From the NCBI RefSeq assembly GCF_009914755.1, contig NC_060925.1: DNA of 64,000 bases, one strand, 5' to 3'. The first letter of the stretch is position 1. The number at the start of each line of letters is the position of its first letter. Made by a program: the position numbers and the translations under genes. The notes below the pieces were generated by a model, which worked only from the letters and a program-made list of their open reading frames with translations, was not told where the DNA came from and ran no database searches. The stretch comes from the human T2T-CHM13v2.0 reference genome, Homo sapiens. Positions 12,595 to 27,008 of this stretch are shown piece by piece.

Positions 12595-13039
12595 CTACCC
12601 ATTCCTTTACCACTTATCTATGTAATATAACTGTACTTCTGGTTAAATCACAGGAGGAGATAGAAGAAAAAAATAGGAGCGTGACAGGAAAACAAAGGCA
12701 ATTCTGTGGGCTTACATTCATGGGGAAGAATCAATCCCAAATGAGCGCCTTACTCACAAGGACCTGCTGGGAGCATACCTATTTCTGGCCTCCTGGATTA
12801 GCATTGCATTTGGACCATAAAGAAGCACAAATGGATGAATTCCCCAAAATGTTCATGTTTGTTATTTGCCTGCCTGACATTGTTTTCTTCATTTGGAAAC
12901 AAATTGCCAGAGTTTCCTTTAGGAAGTTACTCTTTTTCACTTTTCCCTTCAGTTCATAGGTTCAGTTGGGGTTGGGTGGTATACTACAGTCCTCTCACAC
13001 ACAGGCCACCCCCAACAACAGGACTTTTACTGAAACTAT

Positions 13040-13345
13040 GGGGAAAGAGGCACTTTATCCTCTTGAGATGGAAGGTGCTAAAGACTATGGAAGGGTGGAT
13101 CTGCTGGGGGCCATCATCTCTGCCCCATGCAGAGAGATCCTGCCTGGAAATGATGCTAACACAGAGAGTGCAGAGCCAGGAGATGGAGATGAGGAGACAG
13201 AGATTCTTTAACACATAATCTGAAAACCAGGACTTAGCCATGCTTGAAGCTAGGAATACCCCCGGATTTATCTGTTACGTAAATCAAATTATCTGTTACC
13301 AGAGTTCCCCTAAGCCAGTTTGAGCCTCTATCCCTTACAATAAAA
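13040..13345. mobile_element. Old MLT1-like LTR remnant
   Basis: GCCATGCTTGAAGCTAG...AAGCCAGTTTGAG...AAAAGAGTTCTGAAAAATACA. Confidence 0.55.
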
Positions 13346-16300
13346 GAGTTCTGAAAAATACAGCAGTTACCTTTGGATAGTGAGATCTTTAGGAGATACT
13401 TTCTTTTGTACTTTTCTGTTTTGTTTGAAATTTTTACAATAAGCATGTATCTTTTTTTCTAAAACAGAAACAATATTAAAATGACACAAAACAGCAGTAT
13501 TTGAGGTATCACCCTCAACAGGGAATTAATTCTGCCATCTATGGATCTTTTAAATAAAGCCAGAATCATAGAAAGTATTCCAAAAAACCATCTTGTTTAT
13601 CGTAATATCCCCGACAAGAGAACCTGTTCCATATTAAAAGTTCATCAGAGGAGTTTCTTATAATTTCCCTCAACCATCCATAGTTTCCAAAAATTGTTAT
13701 TTACCATTAGGAATGTCTTCCTTAGGATGAATCTAAACACCCCTTCCCTCATATCCTCTTATTCTATTCTTGGCCCATAGGCAGGGGTGTTCATCCAGTC
13801 ACATTTCCTCCCAGGCCTTTTTCCCCTTTTTCTAATTAAAGGCCTTTAAAAAATAAGCTACCACATAGGACATCAGAAAGAAGGGGTCAAGCCCTCAGAT
13901 TGTACATCGAAAGACATAAGAACAAGGAGAGCTGCTTTTAGATTTTAAAATAACTTCCCTGTTTGAGCCTTCCTGAAATGGTGAAGTCCTTTGCCTGCCA
14001 GCTGGAGATGCCCCAGGGAACTTTATTCCTGTCCAAACAGTGGCGTGGTTCCAGATTATAAACAGCCTGTCCTTACCATGGATCCTAGACAAATTTCTAA
14101 TCTTGGATGGCAGATTTCTAGACACTCCCATCTTCTGTGACTGCTGGTATGGCCCTATGATCCCAAATGACTGTCTAAATATTTCTAAGATACCTGTCAC
14201 TGTCATCTTAAAGCACCAAAACACTATGCATTTCCATCTTCACAATGACTTTACCTTCTGAATCATCAAAAAGACATTAAAGGGTGTTCAGTATAGTTTT
14301 TGTGTTTAATGTTGAATCAGTGGTTGTCCTCCCATTTCTGTGAATCACATATCTTTGGATATTTCTGAAACCACTGAAAGAGCCATCCATAGCGATTTGT
14401 GGATGGTCAGATGTATAGGGTGGAAGGAGGGGTGAGTCATGCTCAGTGGGAAGGAATGCAATCTAGACAATAACAACTATGCCTTTGAAGTTAGAGCTTC
14501 GGTCAATGGTTGTGGGCAGTTTGACTAAGAAATAAAGTGAAATACTGAAGCAAACCTGGAACAAGTAACAAACATTACCCACGGCCTCAAGCAGTAACCA
14601 CATTTTTTTTTTAACATAGCTTATTCTATAGCTTCTTCATACAGACAGGTCATGTGGTATTGTGGAAAGAGATAAGGCTAGGAATCAAAACACTTGAGTT
14701 TGATCGATGACACTTTTTTAACTAGGATATTAGGCATAAAACACAGACATCACTTTTTTCATTTGGAAAATAATACCTGCCCTCCTACAAGATTATTACA
14801 GAACAATTTTATAAACTACAACTTATTTTCAGTGTACATTAGTATTAGTGCTAGATGTAGTAATGGCATCCTCTGGTAGACACATATTGTTTTTTTGGCA
14901 TCCCACATCTATTCTTCTTTTATGTAACAGTGTCTTAATTTACTTTGGAGAATTAATTCTTCTCTGTGTCTTGATAAAGTAACTATGAAGAGCCCCTGGT
15001 CTCAAAAGGCTAAGCAGGGGACAACTGACCAAAGTGGGTCAACAGGAACTTCACCTACCCTGCTTGCTAATAATTGTTCTGACCCTAAGATCTAATCCGA
15101 TTCCTCTATTAAGATTTCTTCACTGGTTCTCCTAAGTCTTCAGAATCTAGTCCAAACTTCTTAGTCTTGCATATAAGATACTTCACAATCTTGCTCCATC
15201 AACTTTTCCATCCTTACCTTTCTGAGTATAATGAAGAAACCAAATTCTTCTTAACTTTGCCTCTAATTTACATCTTTAACCCATCTTTTCTTACTAATTA
15301 ATCTTCTGTAATTTCAACCTGTTTTCTGCTCCCCATTTTGTGATCATCTCCAAGAAAAGCTACAGCAGTTGACTCTTTCAAGCCACCATCAATAGTTTTT
15401 TTCTTCACTCTTGAGGGATTAGTCCTCTTAGCCCTGACCTACTGCAAAAGACCACAGTTTATTCTTCTGGGTTCCTTGTGAATGAACATCAATCACCCTG
15501 CATGTTCTTGTAACCAATCTGTTACTTTGTTTTTCTCTGTCATGAGGATTGATTTCCTGGGAGATCATTTTCTTATTCATCAAGGGAGTCACATCAATCA
15601 TGTTCATCTACTTTTTAAACCAAGAACTTTACAATAGAAATAAAGCTCAAAAGTAACTTAACTGAATACCTTTTCCTGTGCATAAGTACCTCCAGGGACA
15701 TAGAACTCATTTCTGAGAATACTTATTCCATCTTTAGATGTCTCCAGTTGTTAATGTTAGATGTCTCCAGCTCTTCTTTTACAGTGAGATAGACTCCCTC
15801 CCTTTGTTACTTCCACTCCTGATTCCATTTTATCTAGCCAGACAGAGTATGTTTCCATTCTCTCTTCTATATAATTTCACTTCAAATATTTGGAGACACT
15901 TCTCATGCTCACTGTTCCAAGTCCACTTTTGCTAGACCAAATCCTCCAATCATTCCTCATATAAAATTCAATGACTGAGCCAGTGGTTCATGAACATTAT
16001 AATTAGCAAACTGTGGGTCCCAGTTATCTTCTCACAGAGGTCTTCATCTCCTTAGAAATAAACTCAGAAATCAGCTTGCTCTCCTGGTCTCACATAAAAA
16101 GAATACTTAACAAATAGGCCAGCAGGATGAAATAATCCCAAAATAAGAAATTTTACAACTGTGATGGCATTTTGAAATATTGTATAAAGGGATGTGAAGA
16201 CAAAAAAGACTCAGAATTTTGTATTTGGAAAGTAAATACAGTGCTTTATGGACTCAGAAAAATTTTTGTAGATTTCTAACTAACCCCTTTAAATAAGTAA

Positions 16301-17154
16301 CACAGCTAGTGTTGCCCTAAAAAGTTTCCATGACAAATTTATCATGTTTTGAACATCTCTAATGTTGAACAAAACAGAATGATGTGTTTCTTCCCTACCA
16401 AGAGCCCTAGCATGTCTCTGTTTCATAGACAGGCTGCTTCTACTGCAACGAGTTTGGATTTGCAGCCTTGGTAAGTTTTCCTTTATGATTCCTTTAGAGT
16501 AATACTGATTTTTTTTCTTCATCTTTCCTCCCATAATTGGCGACTACTGTCATCTGAACTTCTGTTTTACTCACCTCTCTGCTGCTGGCCCTTTTTTTCC
16601 TTGAGAATAGCATTTTTGCCCAAGTTGCTTTGCATGTTTTGATCCAGAGGAATGCCCTTCATATACTTCAACACATCCTCAGATGACAAAGCTTTCACTC
16701 TATTTATTTCCCCATGTTTGCAGAACAACTGGGACCAAATTATTTAAAGTGGTTTTTACCTGGCCTCCTTTTCCTGCACAGGCAACTACTTCTCTGCAAA
16801 TGGCTGCCCTGGCCAAATAACTATGTTCACAATTAGCTAATTGTGGGCTCAATGAGCCACTTGTTCCTTCAAACTTGGCTATTAGGGTTGTGATTAAGCA
16901 AAAATGTGTCTTTTTATTCCTTTTTGATTTATAGAGTCACAGCAGATCCCAGATCTGATCTCCCTATGTTCTTTACAATGTCAATATAAGCCTTTTACTT
17001 TTTCATTTCCTGCTGAATATCAGTCATATTTCCATTCTTTTACAAGTCACAAGTTACACTTTATATATTGGACCCAAAGACTTTGTTTGAATTAAGTCAA
17101 CCTTCTAATAAGGCAGACCATTATCACCTTAATCCAATTTACAAAATATTATGA

Positions 17155-17480
17155 GGCTGGGTGGGCGAGGTGGCTCACACCTGTAATCCCAGCACTTTTG
17201 GGAGGCCAGGGTGGGCAGATCACTTGAGGACAGGAGTTGGATACCAGCCTGGCCAACATAGCAAAACCCTGTCTCTACTAAAAAATACAAAAACTTATCA
17301 GGGCATGGTGGTACACGCCTGTAGTCCCAGCTACTTGGAGGCACGAGAGTCACTTGAACCTGAGAGGCAGAGGTTGCAATGAGCTGAGATTGAGCCACTG
17401 CAATCCATCCTGGGCGACAGAGTGAGACTCTGTCTCAAAAATAAAATCAAATAAAATAATTTTTAAAAATAAAACAATAA
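17155..17480 (+). mobile_element. Alu (older S/J subfamily)
   Basis: Dimeric Alu with degenerate A-rich tail. Confidence 0.92.
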
Positions 17481-18566
17481 CAAAACATAATGCTAAGGCA
17501 TCAGAATAGTTGTTTTGCCAAAGTCACACAATCATGATAAAGACTAAAACTAAAAATCCTAAATAACAACTGCCACTTTCTCCCTAGGGATTGAGTTTCT
17601 CTACAATTTTTATATAGGGTACAAATCTACCTTCAACCTCATTTACTTTTAATAGGAGGCACCCTTACAAATTACTCCAAATTGCTATCACCTGGTTTCT
17701 TGGAAGCTATAAAAATGTAATTTCTTTTGAAAATGGCTTTAGGTGTATATCCTGAACTACCTTTTTCCCTACAATTATGCAGTTTCTTTTCTTATTTCTG
17801 TATGTTCTAATTTTCTTGTTCAAACAACATTAATAGAGCACAAAATATGTGCTCAATTTTCAGTTTCATACAGAGGTCAGCTCCCACTGACATTCCTCCA
17901 ATCCACAAAAAAGGAAAGTAGCCAAAAATAATGAGTTTTCATTTATGAGGAGATTAATATTAATAAGGATTAGATGTATTTGCTTTGAGCATAACTTGGA
18001 CACTTTCAGGTTTCAAGATATCTGGCTTCCAATTAAACACTAGTACATCTCCCAAGCAGCTCTTTTTATTGGGCATCTTTTATTACCAAACTCTCTAGTT
18101 TACAGCTGTCTTTTCTTATGATTGTTTTAAGTGGAGATAATCCAGTGGGAAAAGATTCCTGATGTCTCCAGAGGTTCTGACACATCAGTGAATTCTTATC
18201 TGTGTAATCTCTACCTTGCTTCAAAGGCCTCTAGCATTTTCTTCAAAATTAGCATATAACAAGACAAAGAGAGAAATCAAGGTTAAAGGTGAAAGTAGAA
18301 AGGAGAGAAAAAAATGAAGAAAGCAGAAGAAATATTCAGGACAATGATAAAAGGTGGGGGCGGGGGGGTCATAGCTTTCAAGAAGTAAGACATAATAAGT
18401 ACCGCTACTGCTCATAAAGAGCATATTCTAAAAGGGAGTGTGCATGAAAGATAAGACTGTGTATGCAACCTGCTAATGCACACAGGGGAGAAGTGAGAAG
18501 AGGGATAGGATACAGTGCAAGTGCAAGTGGTCTAAGATGAAAATGTCACCTGTTGTTTTCACTTAC

Positions 18567-18686
18567 CCAACACCAGCAGTTCCACTGAGTCCTCATTTTT
18601 CCCCTCCAGGTCATCTGGGGTGGTGATAATACAGTAATAGAGTCCGCTGTCTCCCCACATAAGCTTTCCAATTTGAAGATCTGCAT
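18567..18686 (-). CDS. ILDR2: ILDR2 exon 3 (120 nt; DADLQIGKLMWGDSGLYYCIITTPDDLEGKNEDSVELLVL)
   Basis: Manual translation of the minus strand gives the Ig DxGxYYC motif. Acceptor gataacag|ATG, donor TTGG|GTAAGT, phase 1-1. Confidence 0.97.
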
Positions 18687-19602
18687 CTGTTATCACAAAA
18701 AGAAGGACTCAGTCCTAAAACTCTGTCCTCTGAAAGAAAAACACTAAACAATGGGGGTTGGGAAGGGAGAAACCTTCTGGGGTATCTGCAGTATTTTCTT
18801 TCTTTATCTGGATGGTGGTTGAAAGATGTGTGCTTTGCTTAAAACAAACAAACAAGACCAACAGAACCATAACAGAAACTAGCATCTCTAAGGAAGGACA
18901 ATTAGAGCCTGTCAGAAACCAGTCTAGTTCTAGTGCAGTTTCAGGAGTAGGAGATGGCTTTGAACCAGGCCTGCAGAGGCCCCTAAGAGCCAGGAAAATG
19001 CCAGAATTATTCTGAACTCATGGAAATAAGCTAAAATCACAGGAGTTCTTCAAAATTCAAATAATCGAATAGATCATATCGGACTCTTGGGACCTTTTGA
19101 GGTCCAGAGCTTTAGAGAGCAAGAGAAAGGGTGGAATTGATGCAAAGCCACCTGGGGCTTGGGCCAAGCATCTACCTGGCTCTGTTATTTGTATGCATAC
19201 GTCCCTTCTCCCAGCAAAAAAGTCTGCTTTCCACATTTGGGAAAGGACCCTAAAGGCTGATGTCAAGGTATAGGATGTTTGGCTGAAGAAGTTTTTCCCC
19301 TAAAACCCGTGTCAATTCAGCTCTAAAAACAAGCTCCTGAGGCTTGATGCTGGGCTCTGGAAAGACTCTTTCCAAAGTTCATCTGTATGTCTTCAGGAGA
19401 TTTTACACGATCCACCCTTTTCCCCCTCACCATCCCGTTAGGGCAATGATAGGTCTCTTGATGCTCCCATTTCCAATAAAATAAAAGTCTTGAGGGTCTG
19501 AAAGGGTGAGAGGCTAGAATATCACCATATTGACATAAGGGAAGGGAAGAATGAAACTAACCTCCCTCCCATTTCCTAGATTCAAAATAGGGGCATTATT
19601 AC

Positions 19603-19935
19603 CATGAACAATCGTGATCTCTCTGCCCCTGTAGAAATCTCCCAGGGTGACAGTCGAGCCCTGTTTTGAAGCTACTACTCGAACAGTCCTCCTGCTGTCC
19701 AAACAATCCAAGTAGGGGTCCCATTCCAGGTTTCTCTTGCTGAGAGATTGGGCCCGGGTAGAGGACATGCCCAAGGATTCTCCCATGCGATCCTGGCAGT
19801 AGGACTTGAACTTCCACTGCACAACTGCAGGCTGATGGGAGGATGTTGAGAAGTGGCAGCGAAGCACAGTGGGCTGGAAGAGCATGGCCACCTTCTTCTT
19901 GTCGGGCACTGTGACCTGAAGGCCTTCGACCATGG
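19603..19935 (-). CDS. ILDR2: ILDR2 exon 2 (333 nt; Ig V-type domain, N-terminal part: AMVEGLQVTVP...GREITIVH)
   Basis: ORF 19514..20014 contains the recognisable ILDR2 Ig sequence. Acceptor ttttgcag|CCATGG, donor CATG|GTAATA. Confidence 0.97.
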
Positions 19936-20111
19936 CTGCAAAACAGAATAAACATGTCCGAACAGTGTCCATATCCTGGACCTCACCTTCCATCACATGA
20001 TCACACCTTTCCATTTCACTTCCCTAACTTGTGTCCCCTCAACCTCATTTTCACAATTATAATTAATGGCATTAATATCCATCTGGTTGCTTTGTGCAGA
20101 AATATGCCCTC

Positions 20112-20480
20112 TAATACAGTTTGGATTTGTGTCCCTGCCCAAATCTCACATCAAATTGGAAGAGTGGCCTGATGGGAGGTCACTGGATTATGGGGGTGGG
20201 TTTCCCCTGTGCTGTTCTCGTGGTAGGGAGTGAGTTCTCACGAGATCTGATGGTTTAAAAGTGTGTGGTACTTCCCCCTTCACTCTCTTTCTCTCCTGCT
20301 GCCATGTGAAGAAGGTGCTTGTTTCCCCTTTGCCTTCCACCATGATTGTAAGTTTCCTGAGTCTTCTCAGTCATGCCTCCTGTTAAACCTGTGGAACTGT
20401 GAGTCAATTAAACCTCCTTTCTTCACAAATTACCCAGTCTCAGACAGTTCTTTATAGCAGTGTGAGAGCGGACCAATACA
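20112..20480 (+). mobile_element. MaLR solo LTR (MSTA/THE1-like)
   Basis: Typical motifs GTTCTCACGAGATCTGATGGTTT and CCTTCCACCATGATTGTAAGTTTCCTGAG, ending AATACA; 5-bp TSD ccctc/acctc. Strand is given relative to the consensus as I recall it. Confidence 0.88.
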
Positions 20481-20499
20481 ACCTCACTCCCTATATCCA

Positions 20500-21240
20500 G
20501 TCACGCATTAAGTCACATCAACTTAATCTCTTAACATCTTTAATATTTCTTCCCTCCTCTTTAACCCCATTACTATTGCCTTTCCTTAGACTCTCTTCAT
20601 TTCCTCCTCAAAATATTACAATAATCTTTTGTTTGGTCTCCCTGCCTTTAATCTGTCAACATCCAGTACACTCTTCTTGCTACAGTTCAGATGATCTTTC
20701 TAAACTGATTGTTATGGCTCTCTTTCTTAAGACCCTTCACTCATCCTCCATAGCCCTCAGGATAAAACCCAAAGTCCTTGGCAAGGTACTCCGTCATCTA
20801 GTTCCTCTTACCTCCTCAGCCTCACCTCTCACCTCTTGAAACACCTCTCTTTGAGCACCAAGCTCCAAGAATATCAAACAACTAATAGCTTCCCCAGTGG
20901 GATATCCTGTTTCATGCCTCCAGGTCTTTGCACATGATGTCTCCTGTTTCTGGGATGCTTTTTCCTCACTTCTTTGCTTGGGCAACTTTTTGCATCTTTT
21001 AAAACCCAGTTCAAGGGCTTCTTGTAAAGCCTTCTCTGACCAATAAGTTTATCACTTCCTCCTTTGTGCTATCAGTACACCCAGCATTTTCTTCTAAACA
21101 TTTACTCTCACAGTCTTCCGAGTACTTCTTTTCATGCCTGTCAGGCCTGTCAGACTCGTCAGGTGTGGAAGGTATCTTCCCTTGCTGCCCTGGCTTGTGA
21201 AGCCCATAGGTACTCAACAAATATTTGATAAATAATGACA
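20500..21240. mobile_element. L2 remnant
   Basis: L2 3'-region motifs ending GTACTCAACAAATATTTGATAAAT. Confidence 0.6.
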
Positions 21241-23324
21241 ATGAAGCCAGGAAGTATCACTTCAGGAGGAAGTGACTTCCCTTCCAGTGGTGACCCAGCA
21301 AAGGGGACAGAGATGAAAAGGAAAATAAGTCTTTGAGAGAAATGGAGGATTTCAGATCAAATGCAGTAGACTAAGTTCAAAGCTTTGAAGGATAATCAAA
21401 AGAAGGAAAAAAAGTGGGGGCTAAAAAGCAGATGAGAAGTTTAAGTGGTAAAAAGATCCAACCTGATGCTTGGTGACCAAGAAAGAATGAGAAATTTCAG
21501 TGAATGAGAGACGAGGGGAGTGTTTGAGAAGCAAAGGTCCCACATGAACTCAATGATAAGATCTAGAAATTCCAAGCAAAGGGAACATAACTTTCTCAGT
21601 TGAATGGGAGAGTCAAGAGTTTCTAGCTTGATGTGAGGTTAGAAGCAGAAATAGAAATATGATGAGAGGCAGAAAAAACGAATATGAAGATATGATAAAG
21701 AAGTTCCAAATTGAATCCAGGAGACTGCTAAGTCAGCTTCAAGTAGCTTGGGGCAGAGACATGCAAAAAAGGACTACTTTCCATGGAGTCCTGTCCTTTA
21801 TTAGTGCCAGTGTTCACAATGACATCCTGCAAAGCCAATTCACTCCCACAGCTAAAGCATAAACTTATTTATGAATATGCCTCTTTACTGAAGGACCCTT
21901 GACAAGGGCAAGATACATGTTTGTACTCATATCTTCTGACATCCAGACCAATGTCTCTATTCAATGAAAGGAACAATGAAAAAGTAGGTCCTAATTCCTG
22001 TTGGGGAAAAGGGTTTCTGCATTCTGTAACATCTGGAAGCGAATACAACAGAGTATTTGAGATTTATCAAATCTCAAAGCATTTTGGACCTACCCTGTGC
22101 TCAATAGCTACCTACAGAATAAAGGAAGAAATGTATGAGCAAGTGAATGGCTATTAATATGGGAATTTCTAGGACTTTGCAGATGAAACTAGTTAAATGA
22201 GTCAGAAGTGTAGTAAAATAGTGTTGGCATCAAATAGGAATGGCTTTGAATCTCATCTGATCATACACTAATGATGGTTTCTTAAGCAATCTGAGACTCA
22301 TTTTCCTCACCTATAGAATGAGCACCATAATGCTTACTCTCAGAGTTGTTAACAAACATTCTTTCATTGGGCACCTTCAGAGAGGAGACTCAGTAGAAGA
22401 GCACTGTGACCGGTAAAGAGTAGGTCTCAAATGCTAATTCTCCCTCACCTTGCCAAACTTTCCCCTCACCTCCCATCCTGAATCTTGATAACCATACATC
22501 ACCACCAGGCTTGATTACATCCAGATTATGTAGATCAGCCCCATCAAAAGGCAAACAATTCCATCTGGAAGCTCATTGAAGAACCCTAGTTCCCATGCTT
22601 CCCTTCACCACCACTAAATGTTGATGTGGCTAATTCCATTCTCCCTCACTTATGAAGCTAGATTAGGAAAATAAATTTCTTTATAGTTTCTCCTTAAATT
22701 CTAGCGCATTAATTTTTTAACCTTGTAATTATTCTTCAAATAGTTACACCTCAATTTTTCAGGTAATAAGAATGGGACAAGAGAGGTGAAATGACTTCAA
22801 TTAGCAGTGGTTGAGGCTGGATAACCACTCACAGGCACCATTCCCATACAAGGCTGTGTGCTTGACCACACCCCTTTTCTGCTCCACTGCTATTCTGGCA
22901 CTGCTTGGGAAATCACATTTCTTAGCCTTTCTTTTTTTCTTCTTTCCAACTTTTGTTTTAGGTTCAAGGAGTACATGTGCAGGTCTGTTACATGGGTAAA
23001 TTGTGTGTTGCAGTGGTTTGGTGTACAGACCATTTCATCACCCAGGTGGGTGCTCTACAAAAGTGTAGTGAGATTTATTTATTTTTTTAGAGAGGAAGTT
23101 TGGGGTTTTGTTCATTAGATAATTACTAAGAATAGCCTCCTTCCAAGCTCTGTTCTCTGTTAATGAGATTAGCCACTTGAGCAAGCCACTGGACTCTCTT
23201 AATCAATTATTAATAGAGGTTGGTCAATTCTCAGCTTCTATGACATAAACATAAACTCATGCTCCAAAAAAATAAAAATAAAAAATACATTCTCAGAAAC
23301 ATCTGCCTTTTTATAGCATGATAC

Positions 23325-23545
23325 TTAAAGGCATGGATTTTGCAGTCAGTCCTAAGTAAGAATCCAGGTTCTACATGACCTCAAGCAAACTACTCAACTC
23401 TGATGAGTTTCAGTTTCCTCGCTGGCAAAACCAGAATAATAGTAACTACCTTATGGAGTTGTTTGAGGGTTAAGTAAGATTGTATCCTAAGTATTTAGAA
23501 TAATACCTGGTATACAGTGAGCATTCAATAAATGTAGTTGCTAAT
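23325..23545 (+). mobile_element. MIR
   Basis: CAGTTTCCTC...AATAATAGTAACTACCT...CCTGGTATACAGTGAGCATTCAATAAATG. Confidence 0.65.
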
Positions 23546-25089
23546 GTTGCTGAGGCTATCAAGAGCAGTCTGATGACTTCTGTGAAGCTACAAACCTAGA
23601 GCTACGCAAGTACAGAGATCAAGGTGTCAGATGCCGAGTGTGTACAGGGCAAAAACTGCACAAGAATGCTAGAATACATCATTAGGAGTTCAATAGTGAC
23701 AGTGCCTGGGTATGCTCCTCACTGCACATCACTTATGCACCTCCTGGAACTCAGAAGTAGAGAGTAACCCTGCACGTGTATGCACACATGCATACACATG
23801 TATACATGTACAGGCACAATGGGACTCTAAGCTAAAGGTAGATCTGGAGAAGACAGGACTAGAATTCCAAGTAAATGTGAGTTTATTGGATCTTTGAGAA
23901 CCACAGAGTGAAGTGTTGGAGATAAAAGTAAAAATGCCAATCCCTGCTTCCACACTACAGGTTTCAAACTGTTAGATGAATGCCATCCAGTCCCCAAACT
24001 GCCCTGACCAAGTTTATCGGGACCCCCATTCCCACTGGAGGGTAGGGTCTAGAATTGCTCTTCTGGCCCTAACCCTGGATCCCTGGTGTCTAGGTGTCCT
24101 ATACAACTGGGCAGCATCTCTTTCTCTCAACCTGTGTTTACCTTATTTAGAGACTGTTTTTCCACCTTGGTATCCTGATTTGCAATCCAGTTGCTCCACT
24201 GGGTCTGAGAACCCTTGCCCTGAACTCTGGCCTGCTTGTCTGGGGCCCTAATACCAGCCCCTTCTCCTGAGGGTTGGGTATTGTTTCCTATACCTTCATG
24301 CATGGCTGATCCAAATCTGAAACTGTGATGCTGCCATCCATCCAACTTCAAAAAATACCTCTCATGGGACCCACATAGATCAGGCCCCTCAGAACTGGTA
24401 GCTAATTTGGGTGGGGACTAGGATTGCCAGTCTCCTGTGGACACTGAAGTTTGACCTGGAGATACCCTCTCTCTGGCTCCCATTCCCGAGAGGTCTGCCC
24501 TGGGAGTAGGGGAGTATCCTGAGCTGGGGTCCTACCTCTTAGAGTTTTGTTTTCGTTTTTCAATTTTCCTACTTGTCAGATGCCAAAAACCAGGTACCAA
24601 GAACAAGTACTTCTTATGCTGGAGTCTATACAGGCTAATAAGAATATGTAACTATACATTTGAATTCCAGATAAATTAAACATTTTCAGCCTCTTTGTAG
24701 TGATAAGCTGTGCATTTGATCTAAGAAATCTGATTTACTCCCAAGGCTCCAACTACCAGTTATGTCTCACACCCCCAACTCCCTTAAGCCTCATCTGCAT
24801 ATTTAACAAACACTTTAAATTAAACATGTCTAAACCTCATTCATCGTCTCCTCTTTTCCCACCCTAGCTCTTTTTTTATAAACTCATCCTTTCTCTATCC
24901 CTTGCTCTTTTGCCAAAATACCACTTAATCTATTGCCCTAGATAGAAATCTTAGTTTTGATAATTTCCTCTCTGTCCCTGACCACATTCAGTTGGTCGCT
25001 AAGTCTAAATATCTCTCAACTTTGATCTTTCTCTATTCCCACTGTCACTCCCTTAAATCAAGTTTCTATTTCTGCTACTAGAAAATAGC

Positions 25090-25320
25090 TGTAAAATGCT
25101 TACTGTGTGTCAGGGATTGTGCTAAGCACTTTTCATGTAGTATCCTAATGAATTCTCTCAAAATCCTATAAAGTAGGCATTGTTATTACACCTGTTTTAT
25201 AGACGAAGAGACTGATGCTCAGATAATGTATGTATGTATGTATCTTGCCTAACATTTCAAGGTTAGCAGGTGACAGTTTAGGTTTGAACCTAGACTGACT
25301 GGCTCCAAAGATCTTCACCA
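25090..25320 (-). mobile_element. MIR
   Basis: GTGCTAAGCACTTT...TTTTATAGACGAAGAGACTGA...GGTTTGAACCTAG. Confidence 0.65.
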
Positions 25321-27008
25321 TCATTTCACACAGGTCCTCACCACCACCTGGGTTTGAGAATAGCCAACTAAATGGTCTTCCTACTTCCAACCCAATCCAC
25401 TCTCCATATTTTTCTAGAATACCGTTTTTAAAACACACATCAATCATGTCAGTTCCTGCTTTAAGGCCTCCATCGATTCCCCATTCCCTCCAGGACAAAA
25501 TTGAAATACCCCAACATGGCATATAAAACTTTCTCCTTGACATGGCCCCCAGTATGCTCCAGCCATACTGAAATATTTCCAACCCTTTGACTATAAGTAT
25601 GTTATCCCCTCCTCCTGGGCAAATATCAGGCCATGTAACTGAAGGAGTTCCTGGGAGGCAGACATAGAGAAGCACTGAAAAAGGGTCTTGCCCACACGTA
25701 AACAAGCACACGCTGGTACAACAGGAAGGCTGGGCCTCCAAGTCCAGGCACTGGTAACACCATATGGGACTTGAGTTTCAAACTCCTATAAAGAAATTTA
25801 CAGAGGTGCAGAAAGAACCTGTGCTTCACCCTATAAACTAAAGCAGGTATTCTGGAAAACTAGAGAGAGGCACCTTAGGAGAGAGAGCAAGAGAGGAAAA
25901 GAAGTGAAGCAAGGTAAAGAATTATACTGGAGAGAGTATACCTGTAAAAATTAGACCTTCTAAATCTAAAAATAAAAAAAAAAAAAAATTTAAGAATTCC
26001 TCACTAAAAGAAGCACTAGAATTGAAGACCACAGGTGGTTTTCTGCTTTGCAGAGGAGGGAGTCATCATTCTTAGACCACCAGACTATTCTTTTAACTGT
26101 TTTGGTGCCCTGACCTCCAGGAAAACCACCCTTGACTATCTAATTTTAATTCGACCAAAAATGTATTTTGAAACACTACGCTAAGTTCTGGCAAAACAGA
26201 TTTAAAAGACCAGTCCCTCATCTTGAGAAATTCAATATAAAGTTCATTTCTAACTATAAGGTCCCTGAGGGCAGGGGCCAGGATTTGGTTGACTTTGTAT
26301 CCCTAGTATACAGCAAAGGCAAAGAATATAGGTGAAGCTAAAAAATGTGGAATGAATTAATGAATGAATGAAAACCGAACCTGTGAGTCTGAGGGGCCTT
26401 TCTTAGCAGGTGGTCCCCAGCTCAGAGAATGGATTCTGGCCAATAACTAGGAAACCTGCCTAAAGGTAGAGTGAAGAGTGACAGCTCTTCTCCCCCATCT
26501 CAGCCCCCATCTCAGCTAATCTCCAGGTGTAGGTACCTCGTCACCAGTCACCAGGCTAGGGAAGATCAGCTTCAAGTGCAGACAATGTCTCGCTGCATGT
26601 GCAAAAAAAGGTCCTGCCCCAATTCTCATGTAAAGAAAAAGATTCTATATATGATGAACTGTGTTCTTGCAAGAATAACAAACACAGACTCTAAGGCAAT
26701 GCTATTCTTATTTTTAGCACTTTCATTTTTTTCAAAGCAAGTTCCTTTCCCCCACTAGTTGTAAGCTATTCCTGCCAGCATCTTTGGGAGGCAGATCTAT
26801 AAGCATAGCCCCATTTTAGAGAAACAAAGATTGCTGCTAAAGGTCATGGAAAATTATCATCATTAGAGACAGGCATCTTTAGAAATATTGTATAATGCTC
26901 ACCCACCCCTTAACTCTTTGAGTACCAAAAGCAGGATTTGACCTCAGAATTGCCCATTCCTCAGCATACCTTGGCCTTCAGATTCTTTCTTCATTCAGTA
27001 TAACAATA

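Noticed and set aside
19514-20014. 166-aa ORF as a stand-alone gene
   Set aside because: It is ILDR2 exon 2 plus intronic run-through on both sides of clear splice sites.
25166-25741. 191-aa minus-strand ORF
   Set aside because: Runs across MIR/L2 remnants, starts at a non-ATG codon and has no recognisable homology.
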